Source: a virus (taxonomy: Duplodnaviria; Caudoviricetes). Taken from it: 64,000 nt of DNA. The notes under the pieces were generated by a model. That model ran no database searches. It had not been told where the DNA came from and saw only the letters and a program-made list of their open reading frames with translations. The position numbers were made by a program, and so were the translations under genes. The DNA lies in the IMG/VR virus record IMGVR_UViG_3300046615_000588, positions 37,396 through 101,395 of that record; one strand, 5' to 3'. Below, piece after piece: positions 17,736 to 27,268 of the stretch; the stretch's first letter is position 1, and each line of letters starts with the position of its first letter.

Positions 17736-19237
17736 CGCGCCCTCCGGTAGGCGATCAGGTTGGCGCTGTGCTTGTTGCGCACGCCGCGCGTGACGGGCAC
17801 GTCGGCGACCATGTGGAAGTCGGGCAGGTTGCGCGGGAAGACGCCAGTGATGCTCTTGAACAGGTGGGCGGCGCGCTGCGGCGCGGTCTCGGGCCTGTTG
17901 GTGCCTCGTTGCCGCATCAGGGTCACGCACTGCGCCCACACGCTGGCCTTGTCGCCGACCTTGGCCTTGCCGACGGTGAACTCAACCATCTTGCCGGCCT
18001 CGTGTTCAAGCAGGTTCTGCTTGATGAACTCGAAGCCACAGGACATGCAGCGCTTGCCGAACGGCTTGAAGTGGCATTTCGGGCAGCCGCTCGGTTCGCC
18101 GTCGTCGCGGTCCTTGCGCACCGCTTTGTCGAGCTTTTCGCCATTGTCGAGCGAGGCCAGACCGTCGTGGAACAGCGCCTCGAAGTCCTCGGCGAAGCGC
18201 ACGATGTTGCCGCTAAAGTCGAGCAACAGCAGCTCGGTCTTGCCGGTGTCGGGCGAGGCGCGCAGGCCGCGGCCCCACATCTGGATCGCCGTCGACAGCG
18301 ACTTGCGCAGCGGGCGCACGTCGCACACGCAGGCCACGTCCGGCACATCAAAACCCTTGGCCAGCGCCTCGACCGAGATCAGCACGCGCAGCAGCGCATC
18401 AGGGCCACGGAAGCTGGCCAGCAGGTCGGCGCGCGTGCTGTCGGTGGTCTCGGCGGTGAAGCAGGCGGCCAATACTCCAGCGGCGGTGAACTCGGCGCAC
18501 AGCGCCTCGCAGTGCGCGATGGTGGCGCCGAACACGATGGTCTTGCGGCCGTCGGCGTGGCGCAGCCACTCCTGCACCACGTCGCCGATGATCCGCATCC
18601 CGCGCGCGCCGGCCGCTTCGACCGTCCACTCGCCGCCGGCGGTTGCCGCGCCGCGCATGTCGACCTTGGTGCATGACAGCACCCGCATCGGCACCAGCAC
18701 GCCGGACTCGGTCAGCTCGGCCATGGTGGTGGCGTTGATCAGGTTGGAGAACAGCTTGCCCAGGCCGCTTGAAAACGGCGTGGCCGACAGACCAATGACG
18801 GCGGCGCGGCAGCTTGCGATATGCTCGGTCCACACCTTCATCTGCGTGTGCGCCTCGTCGATGATGATCAGGTCGGCATCCGGCCAGTCGCGCATGGCCA
18901 GGGTCTGTGCACTGGCGATCTGGAACGGCGCGTCCGGGTCGTAGCGCAGGCTGTCGGCCATCAGCACGCCATGCGACAGTCCCAGCGAATCGGCCACCTC
19001 GGAAGTCTGGTTAATCAGGGTGCGGCGGTCGGCAACAAAGATCACGCGCTTGCCGCGCGCCAGCGACTCGTTAATCAGGAACATGGCCAGGATGGTCTTG
19101 CCCGAGCCGGTCGGACTCATCACCATCTGGCAGCGGTGGCCGGCGGCGAACGCCTCGCGCAGCAGCACGCGCGCCGAGCGCTGGAACGGGCGCGGATCGG
19201 GGAACTTGTCGTTGACGTAGACGGCGGGCGCGAGCAT
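17732..19237 (-). CDS. SF2 DEAH-box helicase with C-terminal zinc finger
   Basis: PTGSGKT, DEAH, SAT, QMWGRGLR; CPKC/CMSC. Confidence 0.9.
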   Translation of the reverse strand: MLAPAVYVNDKFPDPRPFQRSARVLLREAFAAGHRCQMVMSPTGSGKTILAMFLINESLARGKRVIFVADRRTLINQTSEVADSLGLSHGVLMADSLRYDPDAPFQIASAQTLAMRDWPDADLIIIDEAHTQMKVWTEHIASCRAAVIGLSATPFSSGLGKLFSNLINATTMAELTESGVLVPMRVLSCTKVDMRGAATAGGEWTVEAAGARGMRIIGDVVQEWLRHADGRKTIVFGATIAHCEALCAEFTAAGVLAACFTAETTDSTRADLLASFRGPDALLRVLISVEALAKGFDVPDVACVCDVRPLRKSLSTAIQMWGRGLRASPDTGKTELLLLDFSGNIVRFAEDFEALFHDGLASLDNGEKLDKAVRKDRDDGEPSGCPKCHFKPFGKRCMSCGFEFIKQNLLEHEAGKMVEFTVGKAKVGDKASVWAQCVTLMRQRGTNRPETAPQRAAHLFKSITGVFPRNLPDFHMVADVPVTRGVRNKHSANLIAYRRAR

Positions 19238-19238
19238 G

Positions 19239-20150
19239 TCAGGCCGCCTTGCCCAGCAGGCGTTCGGCTTTCTCGGCGCGGTTCTTCCAGTAGGCGACGT
19301 TGCGCGCGCGTTCGATGAACTCGTGCGACTTGGCCGCCAGCGTGCGCTCGGCGTTGTCGGCCAGCGCACGCTGGCGCTTCGCCTCGTCCAGCGCCGCCTT
19401 AATCTTGTCGTCGGCATCGCACACGCGACCCAGCATTTCGTTGTCGGCCAGCGCGGCGGCCAACTCGGTTCGCAACTCGGCGACTTCTTCGCGCAGTGCG
19501 GCCAGCTCGGCTTCGGCCGGGCCGTCCGATTCGGCGGCGGCCAAGCGCCCTGGGATTTCTACAGGGCGACCCTTAGCCGGTATTTCGGTAGCAGGGCGCG
19601 CTACCGGCTCCTGGGTTTTGCCGATGTTGGCCGTGTTCTGCTCGTAGGTCTTACCGTTGCGCTCGACCGTGCGCGTCGTAGGCGCATCTTCGGAATTTCC
19701 GAAGATAGCCATGCGATGAGCGGCGACAGTCTTATCGCTTACCGCGCATGCCTTGGCGATGGCGCTGTCACTCCATGTCACCCACTCGGCATCGGCCAGC
19801 AGCGTTTCGACCGCGCGGCGCTTGTCGGCGTTGGTGCGGCGCAGGCCGTGGGCGGCGTTGGCGCCGACCGAAAACAGCACCGCGTCGCGCTTGGAGCCGG
19901 TGCGCACATCAGCCATCACCGCTTCCACGCCGGCGGCACGGTAGGCGTGGTAGCGGTGGAAACCGTCGGCCAGCCAGAAAACGGCGCCATCGTAGTACGC
20001 GATTAACGGCGGCAGCGTGGCGCCCTGGCGGATCGCCTCGCTATACTCGGCGATCGCGGCCTCGTCCATGGCCGCGCGCGATTGCGTGCCGCCATCCAGG
20101 CGCAGGCAGTGCAACGGGACGTTCGGGTCAAGCAAGTCGTTGTCGGTCAT
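19239..20150 (-). CDS. ParB/Srx N-terminal-domain protein with HTH and coiled coil
   Basis: LADGFHRY motif; WSDSAIAKACAVSDKTV HTH. Confidence 0.8.
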   Translation of the reverse strand: MTDNDLLDPNVPLHCLRLDGGTQSRAAMDEAAIAEYSEAIRQGATLPPLIAYYDGAVFWLADGFHRYHAYRAAGVEAVMADVRTGSKRDAVLFSVGANAAHGLRRTNADKRRAVETLLADAEWVTWSDSAIAKACAVSDKTVAAHRMAIFGNSEDAPTTRTVERNGKTYEQNTANIGKTQEPVARPATEIPAKGRPVEIPGRLAAAESDGPAEAELAALREEVAELRTELAAALADNEMLGRVCDADDKIKAALDEAKRQRALADNAERTLAAKSHEFIERARNVAYWKNRAEKAERLLGKAA

Positions 20151-20578
20151 GGGTGCATTCCAAGGATGGCGTGGATCATGTCGAGCAGTTCAAGCTGACT
20201 GCCGTACAGCTTTTCAAAGCGGGCTTTGTTCGGGTGCACCGCGACCAGGGTCTTGTCGTTGCCGGTGCCCTGCTGGTGGCAGCCGGCACACAGCGGCAGC
20301 ACCAGCAGGTGGCAACCGGGGCGGGTGCGCCCGTCGATGTGGTGGATTGACACGTACTCGCTGGTGGGGCGGCCCGCCACGCGGCAGGCGATGCAGCCGA
20401 TCTCGCTGGCCATGCGGTCCCACAACCGCTGTTCGGCGGCGCTGACCGGGCGCTCGTGGGAGGTCAGCTTGCGGGCCGCCTTCGGCTTGGCACCGTTGGC
20501 CGGCGCAGCCGCTTTCGACGGCGCCATCGGGCTGCGCTTCATCGGGGCGCTACGCTGGAGCGGGGCGCTGCGCTTCAT
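20147..20578 (-). CDS. Ref-like HNH nuclease
   Basis: GCIACR...IHHI...LPLCAGCH; basic N-terminal tail. Confidence 0.75.
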   Translation of the reverse strand: MKRSAPLQRSAPMKRSPMAPSKAAAPANGAKPKAARKLTSHERPVSAAEQRLWDRMASEIGCIACRVAGRPTSEYVSIHHIDGRTRPGCHLLVLPLCAGCHQQGTGNDKTLVAVHPNKARFEKLYGSQLELLDMIHAILGMHP

Positions 20579-21165
20579 GCGCCCTCCCCGGCGTGCATCA
20601 CCTCGAAGCCGAGGCACTTGGCGACCAGGTATTCAATGCGCGCGCCTTTCGAGCGGCGCCAGCCCGGCAGCAGGCAGATGGTGCTGCACCGCATCATCAG
20701 ACGCAGGTCGGCGCGCATGTAGTCGAACCAGGTGGGGTTGCCGTCCAGCGTGACCTCGGCCGGGCTGACCACGTTCAGGCCAGCGGCGCGCAGACGGGCC
20801 GCCTCGGCGTGGAAGGCGGGGTGGTTCAGCTCCGGGTAGCCGGTCATCGGTCCGGCGATATAGATTCGCGGCTCGTCGCCGGCACGGTAAATGTTATGCG
20901 CCTTGCGGTAGGGCCGCTGGTCCAGATCGCGGTAATCGTCGCGCAGCTGTTCGCACTGCACCTCGCCGCGCGTGAAGGTCTCCATCAGCGGGCAGTGTTC
21001 GAGCGGCACCCGGCTGGTGTACCAGTTCTGCACCGCCTGGTAGCTCACGTCGAGCATGGCGCCGAGTTTCGTTTTCGATCCCACGCGCTTGACGACGGTG
21101 TCCAGCGCGACCCACTCGCGGGAGCGGATGATGTCTTGTTGACGCTTGGATAATATCTTCTTCAT
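20575..21165 (-). CDS. cro: Cro/YdaS-like HTH fused to a DUF4406 (nucleoside deoxyribosyltransferase-like) domain
   Basis: Divergent from the repressor; HTH KLGAMLDVSYQAVQNW; C-terminal RIYIAGPMTG...LPGWRRSKGARIE. Confidence 0.75.
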   Translation of the reverse strand: MKKILSKRQQDIIRSREWVALDTVVKRVGSKTKLGAMLDVSYQAVQNWYTSRVPLEHCPLMETFTRGEVQCEQLRDDYRDLDQRPYRKAHNIYRAGDEPRIYIAGPMTGYPELNHPAFHAEAARLRAAGLNVVSPAEVTLDGNPTWFDYMRADLRLMMRCSTICLLPGWRRSKGARIEYLVAKCLGFEVMHAGEGA

Positions 21166-21178
21166 GGGGACCGATTTT

Positions 21179-21234
21179 GACAAGATTACATTGTCATGAC
21201 AAGTTAATCTTGCTCGCCACAAGCTCAGCTTGTG
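21179..21234. promoter_or_regulatory. Operator triplet with divergent PR/PRM-like promoters
   Basis: gaCAAGattacATTGtc 21179-95, gaCAAGttaatCTTGct 21198-214, caCAAGctcagCTTGtg 21218-34; TTGTCA-N17-CAAAAT (minus) and TG-A-TACAGT (plus). Confidence 0.85.
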
Positions 21235-21248
21235 ATACAGTTGCGTCC

Positions 21249-21890
21249 ATGGACATACATTCGAGAATTAAAGAGCGCCGCCTGGAGCTGAAAATGTCAC
21301 GCCAGACGTTGGCCGAGGCGGCCGACGTGTCGCGTGAAACGGTGCGCCTGTGGGAAACGCCAGACGCGCAAAATGGCACGGCGCCGGACCGTTTCAAAAC
21401 AAAAAAAGTGGCCGACGCATTAAAAACGTCGGTCGCATACTTGGTGCTTGGAATCGATGCTAACGTGGACCCCAACGACAAATATGCCTTCATACCCAGG
21501 TATGCCGAGGCGTCAAAAAAGGGTCCCACCGTGAACTACCATGATGAGGTCGTCGATCACCGCGACGACAAGGATACGTATGCGTACCGCAAGGATGTAC
21601 TGGCCGACCTGGGCGTGCGCGCCAGCGACTGCGTGGTCGTGATCTCCAATGACAGCAGCATGTCCATCGGCAACCAGCTGCTCGTCCACACCGCCGACAA
21701 GGCGCTGGTGTCGTCGAAAATCTATGCGCTGCAAGCGACCCACGGCCTGCTGGTGCGGCGCGTATTCAAGCTCGCCGACGGGCGCATCGAGCTGCGCACC
21801 GACCAGCCGGCGACGGCGCCCGAAACCTATCAGCCGGAACAGCTGCCGCCGGTCCTCGGCCGCGTGGTCAGCGGCAGCTGGTTCGACTGA
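21249..21890 (+). CDS. cI: CI-like repressor (XRE HTH plus degenerate S24 domain)
   Basis: RIKERRLELKMSRQTLAEAADVSRETVRLWE; S24-like DSSM...LVRRV; flanked by operator triplets. Confidence 0.85.
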   Translation: MDIHSRIKERRLELKMSRQTLAEAADVSRETVRLWETPDAQNGTAPDRFKTKKVADALKTSVAYLVLGIDANVDPNDKYAFIPRYAEASKKGPTVNYHDEVVDHRDDKDTYAYRKDVLADLGVRASDCVVVISNDSSMSIGNQLLVHTADKALVSSKIYALQATHGLLVRRVFKLADGRIELRTDQPATAPETYQPEQLPPVLGRVVSGSWFD

Positions 21891-21913
21891 CCGGCCCGCC
21901 CCCGCAGCCACCG

Positions 21914-21939
21914 ACCCCGCCACCGGCGGGGTTTTTTTT
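21914..21939 (+). terminator. Intrinsic terminator after the repressor
   Basis: ACCCCGCC-ACC-GGCGGGGT plus T tract. Confidence 0.85.
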
Positions 21940-22033
21940 CGCCCAACGCGCCCCGGCCATGGGCCGCCAGGCGCGCGCTGACGGCGAAAAGGCGGGGATT
22001 GCGGCGCAAGAAATAATATTTTAATAGCAATAT

Positions 22034-22095
22034 CACAAGGTAAACTTGTAGTTGCCAAGATTATCTTGCACAAACAAGTTTACCTTACGTACACT
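22034..22095 (+). promoter_or_regulatory. Second operator triplet with PL-like promoter
   Basis: caCAAGgtaaaCTTGta 22034-50, gcCAAGattatCTTGca 22054-70, aaCAAGtttacCTTAcg 22073-89; TTGCAC-N18-TACACT. Confidence 0.85.
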
Positions 22096-22129
22096 GTTTT
22101 CCATTGTCTCGATGAAAACAGGAGCACGG

Positions 22130-22549
22130 TTGAAAACTTCTCACACCTTGCAGCAGCTCGCCCTTGGGGTGTTCGCCGGCGACCTCCGTGGCGCATACGC
22201 CGAGCCGGTGGCGCTGCCGACCCTCACCGCCCCGGTCCAGCTGACCGTCGACTTCGACTACACGCCCGCCCGCCTGCCCACGCTCTACCTGCCCAATGGC
22301 GATCCCGGCGACGACCCCGGCGAACAGGAGTGCCTGGACATCGGCCGCATCGAGTCGGCGCGCTCGCTGCACTTCCTCGACAACGAGCGCGGCGTGCTGC
22401 TCACGCTGGTGGCCGGCAGCGGGTGCGACCTGCGCCCCTTCTTCACCGACAGCGCCCTGATCGCCTTGGAGCTGGCCCTGCTCAAGGAGGTGCGCGCCGC
22501 GGCCGACGAAGCCCGTCTCGACACCTATCTGGCCGGGGAGCGCGAATGA
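22130..22549 (+). CDS. Hypothetical protein, first gene of the PL-like operon
   Basis: AGGAG SD before TTG at 22130. Confidence 0.65.
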   Translation: MKTSHTLQQLALGVFAGDLRGAYAEPVALPTLTAPVQLTVDFDYTPARLPTLYLPNGDPGDDPGEQECLDIGRIESARSLHFLDNERGVLLTLVAGSGCDLRPFFTDSALIALELALLKEVRAAADEARLDTYLAGERE

Positions 22550-23049
22550 GCGACGCCGCCACCGCCATCAAAACCCACTGGAAGCAGCTGGCCGACCCGC
22601 GTTTCATCGGCGCCTACGCACTGCCCAACGGCGCCGACATGACCGTCACCATCAACTACGTGCAGAAGGAAACGATCACGATGATGGGCGGGAAGAAGGA
22701 AGACCACAGCCTGATGTACCTGGCCGGCCACAAGCCCATGATCCTCAACGTCACCAACCAGAAGACGCTGGAAAAGCTATACGGCCCCTACATCGAAGAT
22801 TGGGCGGGCCAGCGCATCACGCTGTACGCCAGCACCGCCAAGCTCGGCTCCGACATGGTCGAGTGCCTGCGCATCCGCGCGAAAATCCCGCCCCTGGAGA
22901 AGGAGCCGCTGGCCGCCGCTCGCTTCACCAAGGCGCTGGCCGGCATCAAGGCGGGCACCTATGCGGCGGCCACCCTGCGCGAGAAGTTCGCCCTGTCGCT
23001 GGCCCAGGAGGCCGAGCTGGCCGCCGTCGAAGCGGAGCCGGGCGCGTGA
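22546..23049 (+). CDS. Putative ssDNA-binding/annealing protein
   Basis: THWK...GAY.L...KPMILNVTN...IEDW.G..ITL phage family; sits in the recombinase slot before exonuclease and ssb. Confidence 0.6.
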   Translation: MSDAATAIKTHWKQLADPRFIGAYALPNGADMTVTINYVQKETITMMGGKKEDHSLMYLAGHKPMILNVTNQKTLEKLYGPYIEDWAGQRITLYASTAKLGSDMVECLRIRAKIPPLEKEPLAAARFTKALAGIKAGTYAAATLREKFALSLAQEAELAAVEAEPGA

Positions 23050-23786
23050 TCGTCCCCGAATTCCGCATGCGCTGCTCCAGCCTGGGCCAGCTGATGACCG
23101 ATCCGAAGGCGATCGACCCGGCCCTGCTCGATGAGAACACGGCCATCGTCGCCAGGAAGAAGGTCAAGACCGACGAGGAACAGGCCCAGCTGGCCGAGCT
23201 GTTCGACTACAGCCTCTCAGCCGGCGCCAAGACCTATCTGCGCAATTGGGCGCGTGAATTCATGCTCGACTTCCACGAGGTCATCACCAGCAAGTACCTG
23301 GAGAAGGGCCTGATAGTCGAGAACGAGGCCATCGCCCTCTACAACGCGCGCTTTTTCACCAGCTACGTCAAGAACACCGAGCGGCGCCAGAACGACTACA
23401 TCACCGGCGAGTGCGATATCTGGACCGGCCCGCCGGCCAAGAAGATCGTCGATACCAAGTCCAGCTGGTCGCGCGCCACCTTCCCGATGACGGCCGAGGA
23501 AGGCGAGGACCGCGACTATGAGTGGCAGATGCGCGGCTACATGTGGCTGTGGGATGCCGAGGCGGCCGAAGTGGCCTACTGCCTGGTTGACACGCCCGAG
23601 GAATTGATCCGCTACGAGCAGCGCGAGCTGCACGAAGTTGACGAGCTGCCCGAGCACCTGCGGGTCACCGTCGTGCACTACCGGCGCGACCGCGCGCTGG
23701 AACAAAAAATCATGCGCAAGGTGATCGCGGCGCGCCAGTACATCGCCGCCTATATCGAGCGCATTCACCTGGAACACCCTCTCTAA
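23046..23786 (+). CDS. YqaJ/lambda-exonuclease-like nuclease
   Basis: RCSSLG, KGLIVE, GECDI, DTKSS and YEWQMRGYM motifs. Confidence 0.8.
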   Translation: MIVPEFRMRCSSLGQLMTDPKAIDPALLDENTAIVARKKVKTDEEQAQLAELFDYSLSAGAKTYLRNWAREFMLDFHEVITSKYLEKGLIVENEAIALYNARFFTSYVKNTERRQNDYITGECDIWTGPPAKKIVDTKSSWSRATFPMTAEEGEDRDYEWQMRGYMWLWDAEAAEVAYCLVDTPEELIRYEQRELHEVDELPEHLRVTVVHYRRDRALEQKIMRKVIAARQYIAAYIERIHLEHPL

Positions 23787-23794
23787 GGAATCCC

Positions 23795-24334
23795 ATGGCA
23801 TCTGTCAACAAGGTCATCATCGTCGGCAACCTCGGGCGCGATCCCGAAATGCGCTACCTGCCCAGCGGCGACCCCATCGCCAACATCGCCGTCGCCACCT
23901 CGTACAAGAGCAAGGACAAGAACACCGGCGAGGCCAAGGAATCGACCGAATGGCACCGCATCAGCTTCTTCGGGCGCCTGGCCGAGATCGTCGGCCAGTA
24001 CCTGAAAAAGGGCTCGTCGGTGTATGTCGAAGGCCGCCTGCAGACGCGCAAGTACACCGACAAGGACGGCGTCGAAAAGTATGCCACCGACATTGTGGCC
24101 GAGTCCATGCAGATGCTGGGCGGACGCCCCGAGGGTGGCGGCCAGAGCGCGCCGCAGCCGCAGCGCCAGGCGCCGCCGGCACCAGCCCGCACCAGCGACT
24201 TCGCGGACGACGACATTCCATTCGGCCGGTCCATGAACACGCTCAACGACACCGCCGGCCATTCCAAGGCCCGGCTGCGCGCGCGCCAAGGCCGCACCCT
24301 GGCGCTGGCGCAACTGAACCAAGGAGAATTCTGA
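23795..24334 (+). CDS. ssb: Single-stranded DNA-binding protein with C-terminal extension
   Basis: [15 protein letters not shown]...TEWHR...[12 protein letters not shown]; DDDIPF followed by 36 more aa. Confidence 0.95.
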   Translation: MASVNKVIIVGNLGRDPEMRYLPSGDPIANIAVATSYKSKDKNTGEAKESTEWHRISFFGRLAEIVGQYLKKGSSVYVEGRLQTRKYTDKDGVEKYATDIVAESMQMLGGRPEGGGQSAPQPQRQAPPAPARTSDFADDDIPFGRSMNTLNDTAGHSKARLRARQGRTLALAQLNQGEF

Positions 24335-24816
24335 TGATCGACCCTCGCACCTGGCTTGACAAGCACATCGAGTTGCTGCGCCTCGAACACAACCCCAACG
24401 GCGACCCGGAGGTGGACGTGGTCAACTGCCTGTGGAACCTGGCCCAGGAAATCGGCGTGCAGCTGCGCGGCTGCAGCCACACGCATTTCGCCATGATCGT
24501 CCAGGCAATGGTGGAGGAATACACCGCGCCGCAGGCGCCTGCGGCAGCGGAGCCATCGGCGTCCTCGGCGCTGGTGGTCAACGGCGTCACCAGCACCCTC
24601 ACCCTGCCCCAGCTGAAAGGCGCCGAAGTGCGCTTCGGGCGCCAGGGCAAAAAAATGAAGCAGAACGACCTCGCCGAGATCGTCGACATCCCCAATTCCA
24701 CCATCAGCAGGTGGGAGAACGGCGAATTCATCCCGACCGACGCGCAAGTGAAAACCATGGGCGATGCGCTTGGCCTGCCATTGACCCCGATGCCCACCAA
24801 ACAACTGCCCCTGTGA
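24334..24816 (+). CDS. Protein with C-terminal XRE HTH
   Basis: MKQNDLAEIVDIPNSTISRWENG; AAGGAG SD. Confidence 0.8.
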   Translation: MIDPRTWLDKHIELLRLEHNPNGDPEVDVVNCLWNLAQEIGVQLRGCSHTHFAMIVQAMVEEYTAPQAPAAAEPSASSALVVNGVTSTLTLPQLKGAEVRFGRQGKKMKQNDLAEIVDIPNSTISRWENGEFIPTDAQVKTMGDALGLPLTPMPTKQLPL

Positions 24817-24824
24817 GAGTGCCC

Positions 24825-25160
24825 ATGACCGACCTGAACAAGCTGACCGACGCCGCCGACGACGCCGAACTGGACCTGCCGTTTCACTACGGCCCCGATA
24901 CGTCGATGCCCTGCTTTGCCTGCTTCGTCGAGAGCATGCTGTCAGCGCTCGATGACTGCGACACGCTCGCCGAAAAACAGCACGCCATGGACATCGCGTT
25001 GACGCAGATCGCCGACTGCATCGGCGCGCTGTTCCTGCAGCTGGCGCTCGACTCCGAAGGCGCCGTGAGCGTCTTCTCGGAGCGCATCCACGCACTGGTG
25101 GCCGCGAACAACGGCGCAGAGCCGGCGCCGGCAGCAGCGCCGGACAAGCACCAGCACTGA
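24825..25160 (+). CDS. Hypothetical protein
   Basis: In operon; TGATG coupling downstream. Confidence 0.65.
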   Translation: MTDLNKLTDAADDAELDLPFHYGPDTSMPCFACFVESMLSALDDCDTLAEKQHAMDIALTQIADCIGALFLQLALDSEGAVSVFSERIHALVAANNGAEPAPAAAPDKHQH

Positions 25161-25552
25161 TGCAGCGCCTGTTCGTCCTGCGCGAGGCGCAGCACCTTGC
25201 CAGTCTGGTCGCCTTCCTGACGGCCAACTGGCAGGTGTTCGCCCGCGAGGGCAAGTTCCTGGCCGTGACGGTCAGCTTCTACAAGTCCAAGCGCTCGCTG
25301 GAACAGAACCGGCGCTATTTCGGGCCGGCCGTGCTGGGCGCAATCGAGGAACAGGCCTGGTGCGACGGGCGCCGTTACGACAAGGAGAGCTGGCACGAAC
25401 ACCTCAAGCGCCGCTTTATCGGCGTGGTGGACGTGCCCGGCGGCGGCGTGCGGGCGATGTCCTCGACCGACCTGAACGTCGAAGAATTCAGCCAGTTCAT
25501 GCAGCAGGTAGAAGCCTATGCCGCCCAGGAGCTGGGCGTGCAATTCGATTGA
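25160..25552 (+). CDS. ninB: NinB-like recombination protein
   Basis: KRSLEQN, WHEHLK and SSTDLNVEEFSQFM motifs. Confidence 0.8.
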   Translation: MQRLFVLREAQHLASLVAFLTANWQVFAREGKFLAVTVSFYKSKRSLEQNRRYFGPAVLGAIEEQAWCDGRRYDKESWHEHLKRRFIGVVDVPGGGVRAMSSTDLNVEEFSQFMQQVEAYAAQELGVQFD

Positions 25553-25578
25553 TCTTTTCACCCATAAAGGACGTATCC

Positions 25579-25818
25579 ATGCCCCATAAAGCGCCGCAAA
25601 ACCCGAACCATTTCCTCGACAGCATCCTGATCATCATGCGCTTGAAGAACGACGCGGCCCTGTCGCGCGCCGTCAACGTGGCCGCGCCGGCGCTGTCCAA
25701 GCTGCGCCATGGCCGCCTGCCCGTCACGGCGGCGCTGCTTCTCAAGCTGCACGACTACACCGGCTTGACCATCGCCGAGCTGCGCAAGCTGCTGTACCAC
25801 CCAAACCGCAACAACTAA
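25579..25818 (+). CDS. Small HTH protein of an Oxalobacteraceae-type family
   Basis: LKNDAALSRAVNVAAPALSKLRHGRLP; AAGGA SD. Confidence 0.8.
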   Translation: MPHKAPQNPNHFLDSILIIMRLKNDAALSRAVNVAAPALSKLRHGRLPVTAALLLKLHDYTGLTIAELRKLLYHPNRNN

Positions 25819-25830
25819 GCGGAGGCGGCC

Positions 25831-26544
25831 TTGACACAGGAAATCACCGCCTATTTGTCCGACGATGGCCGCATCTTCCGCAACCGGGCCGACGCGCAGT
25901 TCGCCGACCACCTGGGCGCAATCGGCCAGCGCATCACCACCTTCCTCACCGAACCGGGGCGCGTGCTGCCGCTCGACCCGGCCGAACTGCTGCTGGCCTG
26001 GGAAGACTGGCGCGTTGGCGGCCCGGCAGGGTGGCAGGAAATGCAGCGGGCGCTGGCCCCGGTGCAAGCCGCCCTGCCGCTGGAGGTCCGGCCGGCGCCG
26101 GCCGCCGTGATGGTCTCGTCGCCGGCTCCGGCGCCTGAGCGTGCCAAACCTGGGCCGAAACCCAAGAGCAAGCCCGCCACGGCGATCTGCGACGCGCTCG
26201 AAGCGGCCCGCGTTGCGCAACAGCGTAAGCAGGCCGAGGACCGCTCCGGCGCCAAGACGCCGGCACCGTACCGCAAGCATGTCGCCGTCATCGGCCTGTT
26301 CAATATCCACCATGAGCATATCCAGCGCGAATTCGGCAACGAACTCAAGCTGACCATCTATGACGGCGACTGCGTGGCCAAACTGCATGGCCTGCGCGCT
26401 TGCCACAAGGTCATCGCCATGACGCGCTTCATCACTGGCAAGCACCTCGAACTGCTCAAGTCGATCGGACAGGAACCCCTGCTCGTGACGGGCGGATTGG
26501 ACAAACTCAAGGAAGCGCTGACCACCATCTATGTCAACAGCTAA
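25831..26544 (+). CDS. Protein with C-terminal DUF2325-like alpha/beta domain
   Basis: GGAGG SD, TTG start; VAVIG...CHKVIAMTRFI similar to the C-terminus of 36051-37436. Confidence 0.65.
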   Translation: MTQEITAYLSDDGRIFRNRADAQFADHLGAIGQRITTFLTEPGRVLPLDPAELLLAWEDWRVGGPAGWQEMQRALAPVQAALPLEVRPAPAAVMVSSPAPAPERAKPGPKPKSKPATAICDALEAARVAQQRKQAEDRSGAKTPAPYRKHVAVIGLFNIHHEHIQREFGNELKLTIYDGDCVAKLHGLRACHKVIAMTRFITGKHLELLKSIGQEPLLVTGGLDKLKEALTTIYVNS

Positions 26545-26770
26545 ACATACCAGCAAAACAAGGGACGTTAAGGCTATCTTCGGCGACAGCAGCGAGATTG
26601 CTGGGGTCCTTCGAGGCTGGGCATACGCCGATGGCGTCCCAACCGAGTTGAATTACTGGCTCATGGAGGCGGCCGACCACATCACCGGGCTGTATGCTGA
26701 CGCCTGCGACATGCAGAGACGGATCAAACGCTTGGAGGCGAAGCTGGCCGCGCTGACGCAACAACCGTAG
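26531..26770 (+). CDS. Hypothetical protein
   Basis: LMEAADHI...coiled-coil pattern of small phage proteins. Confidence 0.6.
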   Translation: MSTAKHTSKTRDVKAIFGDSSEIAGVLRGWAYADGVPTELNYWLMEAADHITGLYADACDMQRRIKRLEAKLAALTQQP

Positions 26771-26774
26771 CGAA

Positions 26775-27260
26775 CCGATTACTACGGCTGGCATTCATTG
26801 CATACCGACAAAATCCGATTTCAACCAAACAGTTGTACTTCCATCGAAATGATACCGTTTGATACTGGTTGATACTATTTATAATCAATCTAACTCGTTC
26901 TGTATCACACGATTTTAAATACTACCGTTTCAATCACTTAGATTTCGTTTCGTTTTAAACCAAATTATTAGATACGGATAAAAAGTGATTCATTCGGTTT
27001 TATTCCCATCCGATGTATTCGGTTTTTATCCGTATCCTTTCCTTGTAAATACTTCGATTATCAACCTTATCGTTGCAATCCGTTTCGTTCGATTTGATAG
27101 ATTACGGTATGCAAACGTTTAGTTTTTATACATACAAAACCGTATCAGTACATACAAAACCGTAGCCAACAAATCCGATTAGAATATTTCTTTTCATTCC
27201 TTACGGTATCCCATGGTACAAGTTTTACTTGTGCGTTATACTGACCCTATTTCTGACAGG
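26775..27260. promoter_or_regulatory. AT-rich repeat-rich region upstream of parA (centromere and promoter candidate)
   Basis: Sharp GC drop; many WWCCGWW-like and GATAC units; TACATACAAAACCGTA twice near 27129-27163. Confidence 0.6.
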
Positions 27261-27268
27261 GAGGCGCT

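Noticed and set aside
19239-20150. ParB-like gene as the partition partner of parA
   Set aside because: It lies in the Cro-controlled lytic replication operon 7 kb away; parA has its own coupled RHH-like gene
26775-27260. LexA/SOS box in the AT-rich region
   Set aside because: TACATACA tracts resemble the core but no CTGT-N8-ACAG was found by eye
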